DNA from: Rhizophagus irregularis | Taxonomy: Eukaryota | Reading direction: 5' to 3' | DNA length: 64,000 nucleotides | NCBI RefSeq assembly: GCF_026210795.1 | Contig: NC_089429.1 | Coordinates: forward strand, 434,001 to 498,000 | Made by a program: the position numbers and the translations under genes | Notes under the pieces: generated by a model | What the model was told of the DNA's origin: nothing | Seen by the model: only the letters and a program-made list of their open reading frames with translations | The model's database searches: none | In this document: positions 13,324 to 26,751 of the stretch, piece by piece | Layout: every line of letters begins with the position of its first letter | Position numbering within the stretch: position 1 is the first letter of the stretch

Positions 13324-15452
13324 CGTATGAGAATTCTAATAAAAAAAAGCAAAATGGTAACCTTTATTTATATACATTTCTTGTATTACGCAAAAAAGAT
13401 AAATGAGTAGTCTATAATCATTGTTGAATGTTGTGAATCCTTTCCTAAATCAGGGTATAAATGAAATGAGCCTGGGAAAATGAGCCTGGGAAAATTGTGT
13501 ATGCCATACAAAAATGAAAATGAATGGTGAACAGAAGACAATAGGACTTAGATTCTAGACTTCTAGAGTATCAACAATGACGCATAAATTTTAGTTGTTT
13601 TGTTAGGAAAAAGATTGTTTTCTTGAATATTTAGCCGCTGTTATGTTATACCCTAAGAATTGTCATTTTATTAAATAACTTGAATATGTATTCTTTATTA
13701 CATTTTCAAGAAATAGAACAATGGGAAATCTTGAGTTAATATTATATTTAAAAGTATGATATCATAAAATTGGTAAAATAGAACTTTTGACAATAATATT
13801 TGTAGCAAATCATGATAAGAATTAGTATAATTAAATTAAATAAACAATTCTTAGTCAAAATTGTGGATCTATTTCGAAATCCAATAATACACATTTTATT
13901 TTTTCTAGTAACAATAATAATAATTCACTAAATCTACATATTAATAAATCTACATATTAATAAAAATATATAAATAATTGTGACGTATTAATAATTTTAT
14001 TGTCACAAAAATAATGAAAAAGAAGGATAATGAGTGTCAGGATTTGAATTTTCGGAATCGTATTATAACGGGATTCTATAGGAGTCGGGAGTATTCGTAT
14101 AAAAAACAGGTTTGTCTGTGGCGCATAATTTAGATTGGGAAAAGATATCCAATAAACATTAGTTTTCTCCTCAACCAGTTATCAACCCTTAAAAGAGGGG
14201 TAAGAGGGGTTAGAGGAGTATACCTATGCATTAATTGTTTCATACCTTACTTCTTTTTTCGTCTCTGCAAGTTAAAAATATATATACAAAGTATTCAAAA
14301 ATAAATTAAATAAGCAGCTGATTAGTATCTTATATCTTTTAGTTCTATGAAATTACAACCGTTCTTTTTTTAGAACTCCTTAAAATGTGAATGTGATACG
14401 TACATATATTAAATATATTTAATATATTTAATATTAGTTAATAAATACATAAAATTAATACCCTAATTAAGTTAATCTTTTACAAAATTTTATTGTAAAA
14501 TTTAAAAAGAACTAAAAATCTGCATCATAGTTCTTTTGTTATAAATTTCGTTAAGATTTTTAAGGATGTGTTACGTTACGCTTGACTAATTTTCCGAAAG
14601 TTAAAATGAAACGAATTAAGAAATTGCTCCTATATGGAATATATTGGAAGAATGAGATTATAATTGGTGAGAAGAGTCTTGGAAGGGATGAGGCTTGTAT
14701 TGAAAGATTCCTATGATTTCTCTAGAATTATTCCATTTAAGGCGAATAAAAATCAAAATTACGCAACTATCATCATCATGACAGAATTAAAGAAGGAAAT
14801 TTCTTTGGCGTTTTGCTCTTGATGTGGCAAGTATTGTGGCTACAAGGAAGAAGGCTAAACAAAAAAGTTATCATACAAATTAATTAAATATAAATTAGCA
14901 ATGGTTTTAAAAATATATTTGATTACCGAATGTGAATTGCGTTCATCTCCATATTTAGAATAGGATAGTATAAAAAATACTATTCATCATGAAATTGTTT
15001 CAATTACGCGTACGAGGGTCATATTGTTTCGGTCATACATAATATATATATATATACGATTTCCTGCAGTTTGTAACGCATTAAAAGATCTTAAAATTTT
15101 GTTATATTATCTGTTTATACTTTTTTTGTTGGCTTAAGAAAGTAAAAACAAAAAAAATCCTATCTATATTCGCGTCCGCAGGCAAAAAAAAAAAATTTTT
15201 TCTTCTCTTATTTCTTCATTTTTCTATACTTCTTTCATAAAAGCGGCTACATAAAAGAATTAGACAATTTTATTTGGCAGGTCCAAATTTAATTTTTGAA
15301 GAAATAAGCAGAAGGAATTGCGGGCAATTCAAACCTAGTTTGCAATTCCTTGACGAACTACGGCTTTCGCCTTTTATGACATTCTTTTATGGATTTAATA
15401 TTTATTAAAAACACGACTTACACGAACAAATAACGATTTTTACATTAAACAA

Positions 15453-17060
15453 ATGTTAGGACGTGTAATAATTATTGTTATTGGGGCGGGTTTTGCGGTA
15501 AATAAGTTAATATCATATTCAATTAAATTTTAAATTGTTTATCTAATAGAATCAAAATTCTTCAATTACAGAGTTATTGTGTTATTGCTGCGTTTTTAAC
15601 AATTTTTGGAATAAATCGTAAGAATCATTTTTCTTCTCCCTTTCTTTCTTTTTTAAAAAAAAAACTGGCGGTTTATGCTTATTTAAATTTAAATTACAGC
15701 TGCAACTTTGCATTTGACAAAATTTTTTCTAATCGGATATGCAGCAATAAATGGCGTTCTTACACCATTTGGTATATCAGGAGTTCTCGGAGGAATTAGT
15801 GTATGTAGTATATATGTCTTTTATTCTTGAGAATACTATTTTCTAAAAAAAAAAATGTTAATTTACCTTAATTTAATAGCGTAAGAAAACGTTAATAAGA
15901 GCATTCACGACATTTCAATGGTGGTTGGCTACTTTCATCCTTATTGGTCTAAATGTGTTTAATATTATACTTGCAAAGAGGGGCAAAGGAGATTTTATTC
16001 GTAGATGTCAAATTAACCTCGCTAAAGGTCAACCTGAGCCCAATTTTTTGGCTCGATGCACAGCAATAGCCGATGATGCTGAAAGAGCTACTTTTATCGC
16101 TACATGTGCCCAAGGTGGTATTATGGTAAGTTAATATGTTAATATCGTATTTATTACGCGTCTTTGATAAGAATTTTTCTAATATTAATGTTTATTTAAA
16201 TTTATTCTGTTTAGCTCTTTCTTGGTATAGTGTTATTAATAGTTGGTACACGCGAATACAGTAATATAAGTTTAGAAGAGGAAACTAAAAATCTTCTTGA
16301 GAAAGCTAATTTCAATGAAAACGTTGAGACGGATGGATTAAGTCGTATACCTCCTAAAACATCTGATTCCAATAATACTAATGATATTAGGAATTTTAAT
16401 AATATTGGTACTTACGTCCCAGATCCAAGATATGTAACAAATGTTAAACGTCAACCATCTAAAGCTGCTACGGTCAATGTGGATTTAGCACGTCGTCCGA
16501 CTAATGCAAATATAAATATTGCACAAAATTCGGGCTTAAGAAGAAATCCAACAGATCCTACCGGAAGAAATCAAACAGGTCCCAATTTTGTGGCTCCATT
16601 ATATAGAAATCCAACAATTCCTGGAAATATTCCACCAAAAGGTATAGCACGTTATCCAACTAATGCGCATACGAATAGAGTGAATGTAACACGTCAACCA
16701 ACAATTGGAAACGCTTACGCGCCAAGAAATTATGTTGGTGCACCACAACCGACATATCCTATAGTTCCACCACAACGATCTCTTTCAACAAAACCGACAT
16801 ATCCACCACAACGATCTCTTCCAACAAACCCAAAACAATATGTGAATCCACAATCACCTTCGTATGTCACTCAAATAATTGTTTCTCCAGTTTCTCCAGT
16901 TTCTCCTCCTCCACCGATATCTGAAATAAATGAATATAATAATTATGTTAATGAATATAATGATTATGTTAATGAATATAGTGATTATGATAATTACAAG
17001 CCTAAACCTTATACACAGAAGACGACGGCACCGCATTTAACAAGGATGGGAATGAATTAA
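15453..17060 (+). CDS. Uncharacterised protein with about 4 TM segments and a Pro/Asn-rich cytoplasmic tail, multi-exon
   Basis: Short hydrophobic exons from ATG 15453 joined by GT-AG introns, a two-Cys loop before the last TM, and a long final exon with a disordered tail. Confidence 0.65.
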
Positions 17061-17356
17061 TAAAATAAATAGATTAATAATAATAGGGACAATAATTATC
17101 ATATACATTTTATAAATTTTTATAGGAATATATTCCTAAAAAATAACCCTTGTACATATTTATCGTTAAATAGTAATATTTGTTTATATTATAACGGGAT
17201 GTCATCCTTTATAAAAATTTATTCTCTCTTATGAACAATGAAACAATTCAATTCAAACTTTTTGTTTTTACAACAAAATAATATTTTTGAATATAACTTT
17301 TTATTTTAATGATACAATAAAATATGGAAGATGAATTATATATTACGTAATATATA

Positions 17357-20300
17357 TTAACATCCACCATTTTTAACAGAATTATTATTTTTCTTTGATT
17401 TTCTATAAAATCGTTGATCTTCAGGATTAAAACCAGCTTCAGGAGAACCAAACAAGGCCCAACTAGGAGTAGGTGCGATGTAATCTAAACTAGTAAAATG
17501 TTCACCTTTTTCGAGTAGTTCAAAAAATTTATCATAATCAATCCAAGTATACCACTTATTATTAATTTTAAATTTTGTATTTGCTATAAGTATTGAACAT
17601 GAATGTGAATGTTCTGTTGCTATTTCATAAGTATCTCCTAAATTTTCGTTAAGATGTTTCACAAATGAAATTACTTCATTATGATATGGAACCTATATTT
17701 TTCAAAAAAAAAAATATATTCAGATTAAGAGTTGGAAAAAGAGAAATAATTTATTCGTTTAACTTACATTAGCCATTGTCAATTTGCTGGCTCCACCGTA
17801 TCCGCAATAAGTAACTCCTTTAACTTCAATAAAATCAGGTTTACCACGTCTTACCAATTCAACGTAATTAGCGATTTCTTCGGTGTTATAATCTTTTACC
17901 AAAGTTAATCTATAAACTATTATTATAATAAATAAAAAAAGATGGTGCGTTATTCATGATTTTATAAGATATGACGAGTAAAATTATATTATATATAAAA
18001 CTACCTGTTCGTTGTCCTTTTTGGCTTAATATATCTAAACATTCCAAAAACCTTTCCCAAAAATCTTTGAATAATGGCCTATCAATTTTTTTTAAACTTT
18101 CTTTCGTACTAGCATCTACACTAACATAAAGTTGTGTTACTTTATCTAATGCTCTTAGACGAGATGGGTGTTGTGCGTTGCAAACCATAAACGACTTGAT
18201 ATATGTTTTTATCAAAATAATAAAATTAAACACAAAAATACATAAACATAAATTTTGTACAAGAAATTATATTTAAATATATTTACCGAAATATGTCTAT
18301 CGTGCAAAAGCTTAATAAATTCATTGATATGTGGATACTAATAATATATGTAATAAATAAAATATTGTAAAATATATTTTAATCATGTTAATATAAATAA
18401 GACTTACTAATATAGGCTCTCCGACTAATGATAAAGCGCAATGGCGAACATTAAATGCTTCTTGAAATCTATCTGCTCTAATTCCCGGTATACCCTTCAT
18501 TTCGTTAATCATTTTATAATGGTTACTAAGACATTCTGAAAAAATCATCTCTGGTGGATCAACTTTCCAAACAAATTCTTTGCCTTTAAAAATTATTCAA
18601 AGAATTTTTAATAGTAAATTTTTGTTTTTTTTTTTGACATTTTTTTTGTTTACTTACCAACAGGATTAGTATGGTGTCTCCAACTTTGAAAATTTTTTAA
18701 TTAATAAAGAATAAATAAATAAATAAATAAATGAAATTTGTAAAATGAAATTTACCAGAACACGCATTTGTTTGAACAAGCCAAACTTGGTGTAGTTTCG
18801 AGGCATCTATGACTAAATCCATAAAAGAAGCGATTAAAAAGATTCTTTCAAAATGTCCGAATTTTCATAATAAAATTGATTTTCAACCTTTGTATGCCAT
18901 AAAAACAAAACTTGTAACAAGAACCTCTTCCTCTTAAAGCTGCAATAAATGTCAAAGTAATTAAATTATTTGTAAACTATCTAAAGAAATCCAGTTCAAA
19001 TGAATTCATAAACTCATTCAATACTACAAATAACATCACAACGAAAATTTACCCGACTTAGTCCAACGACATATTTTAACTCCCTATTAAAAACGTTTGT
19101 TACCATCTTGCGCATAAAATGATTGTTAGATTGTATTGTCAACTTACCGAATGCGATCCAACAACTTTATATCCTTGTTTAGTTAGAGATTTACGAAGCA
19201 TTGGAGTAACCATTTCCTTAGGCTCATTTATAGGAACCTCTTGTTCAGACAAGGTTCTTTTCGGTCTTCCATTACTATTTTTATATACAAATTCTTCTTC
19301 CTCCTTTGATTTACGTGCAGCCTGTAATTTAGGGGCTAATGCACCTATATCCTCAACATCCACCATTTCTGTATCAGAATTATTATTATTATCCGAGTCT
19401 GAATCAGATTCACTATATGAATCATAATTAAGATTAGATGAAACATTATTCAATGCATATGAAGGATCAAATAACATATCGACAAGAGATTTTTTCCAAG
19501 CTTCAAAATTTTTTTCTTGATCTGAATTACAAAATCCAAAATTTAACAAATAGGAATTTTATTAAAAAAAATTAAGTTTGATTATTATACCTGAGTTTTT
19601 ATCGCCTTCTCCTAATGGATATAATCGTTTTGCTCCTAATTGACCTAACCATTTGTCAATATTTCTAGGTTGTATACAAAATTGATCCCCGTAGGCAGAA
19701 TCACCAAGCCCGAATATTGCAAATTTCATCTTTGATAAAGCTTGTTTATCTACTCTAAAATCATATCTTGTATCCTCTAACCATTTATAAAACCAATCAA
19801 GAGGACCTTCAACGTTATAAGTAGATATGAGAAATATACATATTGCCGATTCAGATAAAAAATCTTCCGTCTCATATTCAACAATATCCATTATAGAACA
19901 TTCACAGTTGGAATGTTTTGTAAATGACTGATATAGTTGTTGAGCAAAATATTTTGCTGTTCTAGTTTGTGTAGCATAGAATATTTTAACTGATATTTTC
20001 GTCGACTTATTTGCTGTTATAATATGATAGGTTTCTTCTGAAAGTTGATTCTTACAACAGTCACTCACACCGCCGTTCCCACAACAAGCTGATTTTTCAC
20101 CTGAATCATTAGTACAAGTTTGATTTGAAGTCTTTTTAGTTGAACGAGTGAACCTTTTACGAAGGCCCTTCCCGGTTGTTTTTTCTTTATTAACGGCCGA
20201 TAACTCTCGGATCTTTTTGTTATCTTCTATAATTTGCTTTTTCTTTTTTTTGCTATTAAGTAAAGTCACATAGAACACCACAATACCACCTACCGCAAGG

Positions 20301-20359
20301 CAACTCCAAAATAAAGCTTGGTAACTTAAATACAAGCTCTCAAAATATCTGAGCAACAT
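17357..20359 (-). CDS. TYW1: tRNA wybutosine-synthesising protein 1 (flavodoxin + radical SAM), multi-exon
   Basis: N-terminal TM, flavodoxin IFYATQT and FGLGDSAY, VKICRWTK, CxxxCxxC (ACSNKCVFCWR, split by an intron), HCALSLVGEP and EHSHSC. Confidence 0.95.
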
Positions 20360-22000
20360 ATCGAAGGTGGCGATAGATCCCAAATCAAAAATTTTTGGAA
20401 AAAAAAGTGATAGATCAGCTAAATAATTACACGTGATTTTTTTCCGTAGCCTAATTTAGTAATTTGTGCGTAAGATATTATTTACAACTTTATTTACATA
20501 TAGCAAAATTGTTTAATGACCTAAAGTATATGAGCCTATGAGGATGAGGACTTAATAATAAACAGTGAAATAAACATAATAAATTTTTGGGAAAGAAAAT
20601 TCTGAAAATTGTAATGACGTAATTTAAATTTAACACATATATTATTATTTGTCAGTTTAGAAAATATATTAACCACTATAACTGCTTACGTGCATGTTTC
20701 CATTTATTCTAAGAATCTTGTAGAATCATTATAATTCAAGAACTCAGAGTTATATCGAGTATTTTTCCTTGCGGTAAAATAACTTTCTTAAAAATAGACA
20801 ATAATGTAATACTGTAGTAGGTGATGTAAAATTTTAGTCGCAACACAGAATTTTATACTAAGTCTTAAAATTCTTTCAGCGGGATGAAATTAATCATGCT
20901 TAAATACTTGGAGATTAAAGTTACGGCCAAAAATTTTAGATAGCAAATAAAATCCTGTTGTTTTAATGTTATTTTGATGTAGAATTAACATTATTTTGTA
21001 GTTGTCTATCACATTTAATGCCAATATTAATAAATAATCTTGAATTTTCGACCGTAGAAAATATTTTATTTTCCAGGAGAATCATTTTTGACCAAAAAGG
21101 AAAGACAATGCAAGTGTAGAATCAATTCAAATATTTATAATAAAATTAATATTAAATTATATACTTTTATTTTAACTATAAAATTATCAATAATTGGTCC
21201 GTGTCCCACCCTAGTATCATTCCATGTTATAGAACCATTAGTAGTAAATTCAAGAGAATTTTTTATTACTTTGGTGAGATCTTATTACTCTGTAGATAAT
21301 AACATTTAAGATCATTGGCATCAACATTGGCTATAAAAGCACTTTCAGTATCGTCCAGTTTGGCGGAAACTTGGAAAAGCATTTCAATATTAACCTTATC
21401 ACTACCTTATCTACCGTAACATCAACTGCTATTGTGGTATAGCAGGTACTAGAATATAGAAGCATTGTCTAATATAGTTCCTTCGCATGTTGTCTCGTCG
21501 TTTCAAAATTGTGTAACCTTATTATCATAACTAAATCTGAGAAAGGTATATTGATACTAAATGATACACCATGAAAAAGAAGCGTTAGCTTCTGAAGACA
21601 AAAAAGAGGGTAAGAAGCGTGTATTAGAGGGTAGAAGGCAGTAGTAGTGTTAGCCTGTTAGGACGAAGAAAGGTAACAACAAAAACAAAAAACAAAGAAT
21701 AGGAAAAAGTAGCAATTAGATAGTTTATTATTTTTATTTTAGTTAGATCTTTTAGACTAGAATGATTAGTTATAACGTAAATACTTTCTTGTTATTGTGT
21801 TTTGGCTAAGTGTTCTCGTTTTTGTATGTTATCAATTTTTTTTTTGATATTATAATAAAGAGAGTTACTAGTTAAAAAAAACCACCATTGTCTCGGAAAG
21901 AATTTGATTTTAATTTGATCACATGCATCTGTCGACTTTCATAAAGATGGGAAATTGAGCCTAAATGAACGGGATTGTTATGTTTAGGACTAAATTATTA

Positions 22001-22167
22001 CAGTGACACCTCTCTAAGTGCACTCCCTTTGGAACCATAGTAAAAAAATAGTAGAATGTGCACTTAGAGAGGGTGTGCATTTATAGAGAGTAAAATATTA
22101 AGAGCTCTTATAAGTTGGGATCATAGTGCGTGCACTTATAGAGGGTGCACTTATAGAGGTGTCACAG
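22001..22167. mobile_element. Tc1/mariner (pogo-like) MITE, 167 bp
   Basis: 23-bp TIRs CAGTGACACCTCTCTAAGTGCAC (21/23 match), TA on both flanks, internal GTGCACTTATAGAG-like repeats. Confidence 0.85.
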
Positions 22168-23882
22168 TACTGTTATCTAAATTTCAAAACGAACAATGTT
22201 TACGTACAAATTATCAATAAATATCCAAATGTTCAGTAGTATTAGGAATCAAAGGTACCATTCGTGAAAACCGATCGAGAACAATGAGAAGCCTAGTAAA
22301 TAAAGAAAACCGCAAAGTCTCATTTTCTGCAGCTATGAAAGGGCATTCATTCAATTTACTGTTAATTTTGGTTAGATCAAACATTCATTAAGAATTTTTT
22401 TTTTTCTAACATAAATGGTAGATCCTACGCGTCATATGTCATCCTCGAAATTTTGATGTTTCTAATTCAGTCGTCTGATCCTAAATTTCTTATTAAGAGC
22501 TTCGCCTTAATCCCATGGCTGTCTTATGTCTACACAGTATCTACTGTCTAACCCTAAGGTTATCGGTTGGCAGAAATGTAAGTAGGAGGAAGAACTGTCA
22601 CTTAACTCTCAGGTGCGAATTTTGTGCTCCTAAAAGTAAGAACTTAATTTCAGTCCTCGGAGAACGAACTAGACTGGCAATTGTTCTCATTATTTGGTTT
22701 AACTACTTGTCTTGCATTTTTTGCATAATTATTTTACTATCATATTCTCACTTTTTGTTGGATAATTGGTTATTAATGCAGTTGTTATTAATCCTTTTTG
22801 CTATAGTTGTAAAATTGTAAAATCTTTGACTTGTCATAAAATAATATCTGCACATTTTATTCGACTATGTACTAGTGATGCAGATTAAGTCTACTATCGC
22901 ACTCCTTTGGTTTCCTTTACTAATAGTGTTGCAAGCCTTGAGTCAATCAGTAATTTAAAGGAATTAGATATTAGAATACATATATAATCATATGTTTATT
23001 AACAGTTAAGTATACATGAAATCGAGCGAAAGGAATAGTTACTAGAGTTAATATATTACGAGAGCGAAGTGGATTACGAAGGTCGAAATGGATTACGAGA
23101 TTTTAAAAGAAACAACTTAAGTTTTAAGGTAAGTTCAATGAATTATCTTGAATGAGAAATATTTTATTTACTTATTTTAGGCGCTAGAAAATAAGAACAC
23201 AAGTGACTTTTAAAATTTTTTTATTTATGCAAGAATACGTAGAAATGTATAACTCAGTTTAAATGACGAGAGTACGTGAGATGAGCGCAGAACAATAGAT
23301 GTAAAACAAAATAATATTTATGTCATTAGCGGAAATGTATGCAACAAGGTAAGAAATAATATTTGTTAATGGCAATGCAACGTCACCAACGGATCAGAAC
23401 GAACCTACATTAAAGGTGAGTGACAGCTTTTATTCAAATGTGCTATTGTAATTGTTAAATATTCAGGATTTAGACAGTATGTACTTATTAGAAATTGTTT
23501 ATTCTTTATAAATACATGAAATTTTAATTTATTCCTATACCGTGTTATGTGATTAATAAAGAGAAAAAATTTTTTATAGTAACAATGAAGATAACTGAAG
23601 TATGAATACTACGTGTACGATTAAGACGTCCATTTGAATTTGACAGAAAATTGAGACTTCTGAACGTCATGAAGAATTATGATGAATTAAAACGCCAATT
23701 CCATTTAGCAAGATTCATAACTCAAACGCCGATAAGTAATTTTCCAATTTGGAACGTTGCGATTACTAAATAATTTAGCAAAAGGATTGAATTTTAAATT
23801 CAATAAGTTACAATACGTATTCCAAAATAAAAAAGTAAAAAATTTGGTTTTTTTTTAGATTATCATAGAATCACCATCAACG

Positions 23883-24999
23883 TCATCTATATTGCTTAAA
23901 TTAAATAAATTAAATATTCCTAGTGAATCTTTAAAGAAGCGTAATTAATTCCTACTAATTCCGCATTTTCAAAGTCCGAAAAGTTTTTAATTTCAATAAC
24001 GGAAGATAAAATAGTCTTAACGTAAAAGTACATGGCAGCATAATAAGGTAAAAAGAATGGATTATATATTTTATCTATTTGAGATAAAAAAAAAGACATT
24101 TTAAGTAAGAATAAAGAAGAGAACATGGAATAAAGTTAAAGACTTACAGAATGTGTCACCAGCTTTATATTGTTTTTGTATCTTAAGATCATCTTGGTCT
24201 ACCGTTAAATTTGTATTGAGGTAATATATGATAATTCCTGTAGTTATAAACGAGTAAATGGCTAAACCTAATCTATGTAAATGTAATCGAGTCCATTTTT
24301 TAAATCCAATAAATTTATTCGGAATCGTTAAAAGATCAATCCGACTATTTTCTTTAAAGAAATAACACACAAGAAATAATGGAGAATTCCACAAAGCAGT
24401 GAATGTCGCGGGATATCCTTGGCGTTTACATTCTATGAACAATAAGAATGCTAATATCGAAACAAAGGCTAGATATAATAATGATCCACCCACTAAACTC
24501 CAAGATAAAATGGATGTAGCACACACATCAAGATTAGATTGAGCATGTTCGGAATTACATCCTTTAAAAAATAGAATGCTCAAGGCATCGTCCGTTCCGA
24601 TGTTTTTAGCGGCACTAGACACTATGTGGTAGCCGAAAAGTCCGGCATTACTAATAAACAACTGTAAACATAAAAAAAGTTATTCCTGAATCGAAATTCT
24701 ATAAAGATTTCTTAGAAGAACTTACTTACTTCCCAATATGGAACAATCCTATTAATTATTTCCCCCTGTGGTATCACACGTCCTATTTCTGGTGACCTAT
24801 ACTGAAAACCTTTAGAATCAGTACCTGAGACTAAAGGTTTCTTGGTCGAATCATATTCTGACATTTTGCTTGGAACGTTACTAGAACTAGATTGAAAATA
24901 TGAGCTTGACTGTGCATCTGTTTGGAGTCTATTATTATAAGAATCTTCTGTATAAGCTCCATAGCCACCTTTCGGATAATTCCGTTGTTGGCTGTCCAT
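23883..24999 (-). CDS. Uncharacterised multi-pass membrane protein, about 4 exons
   Basis: ORFs 24712-24999, 24101-24661 and 23920-24126 are linked by GT-AG introns and carry several hydrophobic segments. The last exon is uncertain. Confidence 0.6.
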
Positions 25000-25568
25000 A
25001 ATCGAAAGAACTGAAGAAATATTATTTTTGTACTTATTATATAAGAAGATAAATTCTAGATTTTATAAAAAGGAAGACAATAGTTTGATCCATTTTAATT
25101 TTTAATATTTTGAATAATAATATGAAAATATTTTAGTCCAAAAAAAGAATTATAAAGAAAATTTAATTTACTGTAGTAATATATAGAATACGGGGCATTT
25201 TGTCATTTTTGTGTGTCACCCGCTAAACCTAAATCGATACTTTCCGATTTAATGTATAGTGGGTATAGTGGCTTTTTTTGTTGGAAAGATCTATTGGAAT
25301 TTTGGAAAGGTTCGGCAGAATAATCGCACATAAGAGAAAAGTTTAATAGAAGATCTGTATATTTGATGCGTCAAAACGAGATAATTTATTTCTTGGCAAA
25401 ATTACTTAAACAGGTGTTATATATATATACGTCTGCATCTCTTTTTTTTTGATTACCAAAAAACAAAAAAACATTTCTTCCATATTAGTTCTTATAAGTT
25501 TACGTTTTCTTATTATTAAAAATTAATTACAATAATTACTATAAATTTTTCCTTATAAAATTTACACA

Positions 25569-26434
25569 ATGCCTTGCGCTTCACACGTTTTACCTCCTCG
25601 GATTAAAATCCCAGAGATCGTTGTTACAAACACACTCATAGTTACTAATCTTGATCGAGAAGCTTTTATTCCTGAAAATCTTGCTGAACTTCGAGATCGC
25701 TTAGAACGACATGGAAAAATATATAAACTTGTGCCGATTAAGTCGTTCAATCGCATTCTTGCTATTTTTTATCAAACCAATGATGCAAAAACTGCCAAAA
25801 GATATTGCGACAGAGGAGAATTCTTAAACAAAGTTATACGTGTATATTATGGACAGGTGTGGCTTAATTCCTTTTTTTTCTTTAAAATTATCAAATTATA
25901 AATCAATTATTAACAATTTTTTGATTATATATGTAGCATACTCCCTTATATGACGAAATCGATAATTCAAGGCATCTTAATGTACCAGAGCTTGAAAGAA
26001 ATTGGCTGGTATCCCCACCTTGTTCACCGCCAGTTGGATGGACTCAAATTAAAGAAGACCGTCCTAATTCTAACACTTTAGCTGATGATTTAGTTCATGC
26101 TCTAGCGCATGCTTCTTTGAACGCAAATTATTTTAAAAATCATGATGTTGATGATTTTTCTTTAAATGATAATTTTAATCAAGTTAACAACGAGGAGATT
26201 TCTAGAATGCAAAAACCAATATTGACTGTCGTTCCATGCGATTCAGATTCCAATCAAGGCAATGCTAAAGTTCCTCTCATCCTCATTCAGGATTGGGATA
26301 ACTCGGAATCACAAGATACTAGAAAAACAAAGACACGAAATTTCAATATACAGCAAACCAAAGCACAACTTTATCCTACTTTGTTGCAACGTGCACCTAC
26401 TCCAACTCCTAGACCTCCACTCCTCTTTTCGTAA
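25569..26434 (+). CDS. RCN1: Calcipressin / regulator of calcineurin (RCAN), 2 exons
   Basis: RRM-like NTLIVTNL and KSFNRILAIF, LVSPPCSPPVGW (FLISPPxSPP motif), C-terminal PTPRPP. Confidence 0.9.
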
Positions 26435-26751
26435 TTATTTAATTTTAATGTATTTATATATATATTTTTTTTTTAAACTTAGTAAATATAATTTTCGAAA
26501 TAGACAAATATTTTATGAAAGTAGAATATATATATATTAAAGCTTAGATAAATTTTCATCGTTACTTTTTTAAAATCTTTGTTTAATAGCCGGTTAATTC
26601 TGTTATACAAAAATTTATTACAAAAAAAAGTAAAAAAGAACAAATAATAAATTTAAAAATTGATTTTTTTTAAAAAGTTTCTACGTGCAAGTTTAAATAG
26701 TGATTTCTTAATAGTATTAAAAAAGATGAGGTAACCAATAAATAATAAATG

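Noticed and set aside
13464..13495. 14-bp tandem duplication AAATGAGCCTGGGA upstream of PUT1
   Set aside because: Only two copies, with no evidence of function.
21088..22820. Short ORFs 21088-21309 and 22515-22820
   Set aside because: No recognisable motifs or splice-linked partners. Likely spurious or decayed repeat sequence.
24075..24147. Apparent frameshift between overlapping ORFs 24101-24661 and 23920-24126
   Set aside because: Explained by an ordinary GTAAGT...TAG intron.
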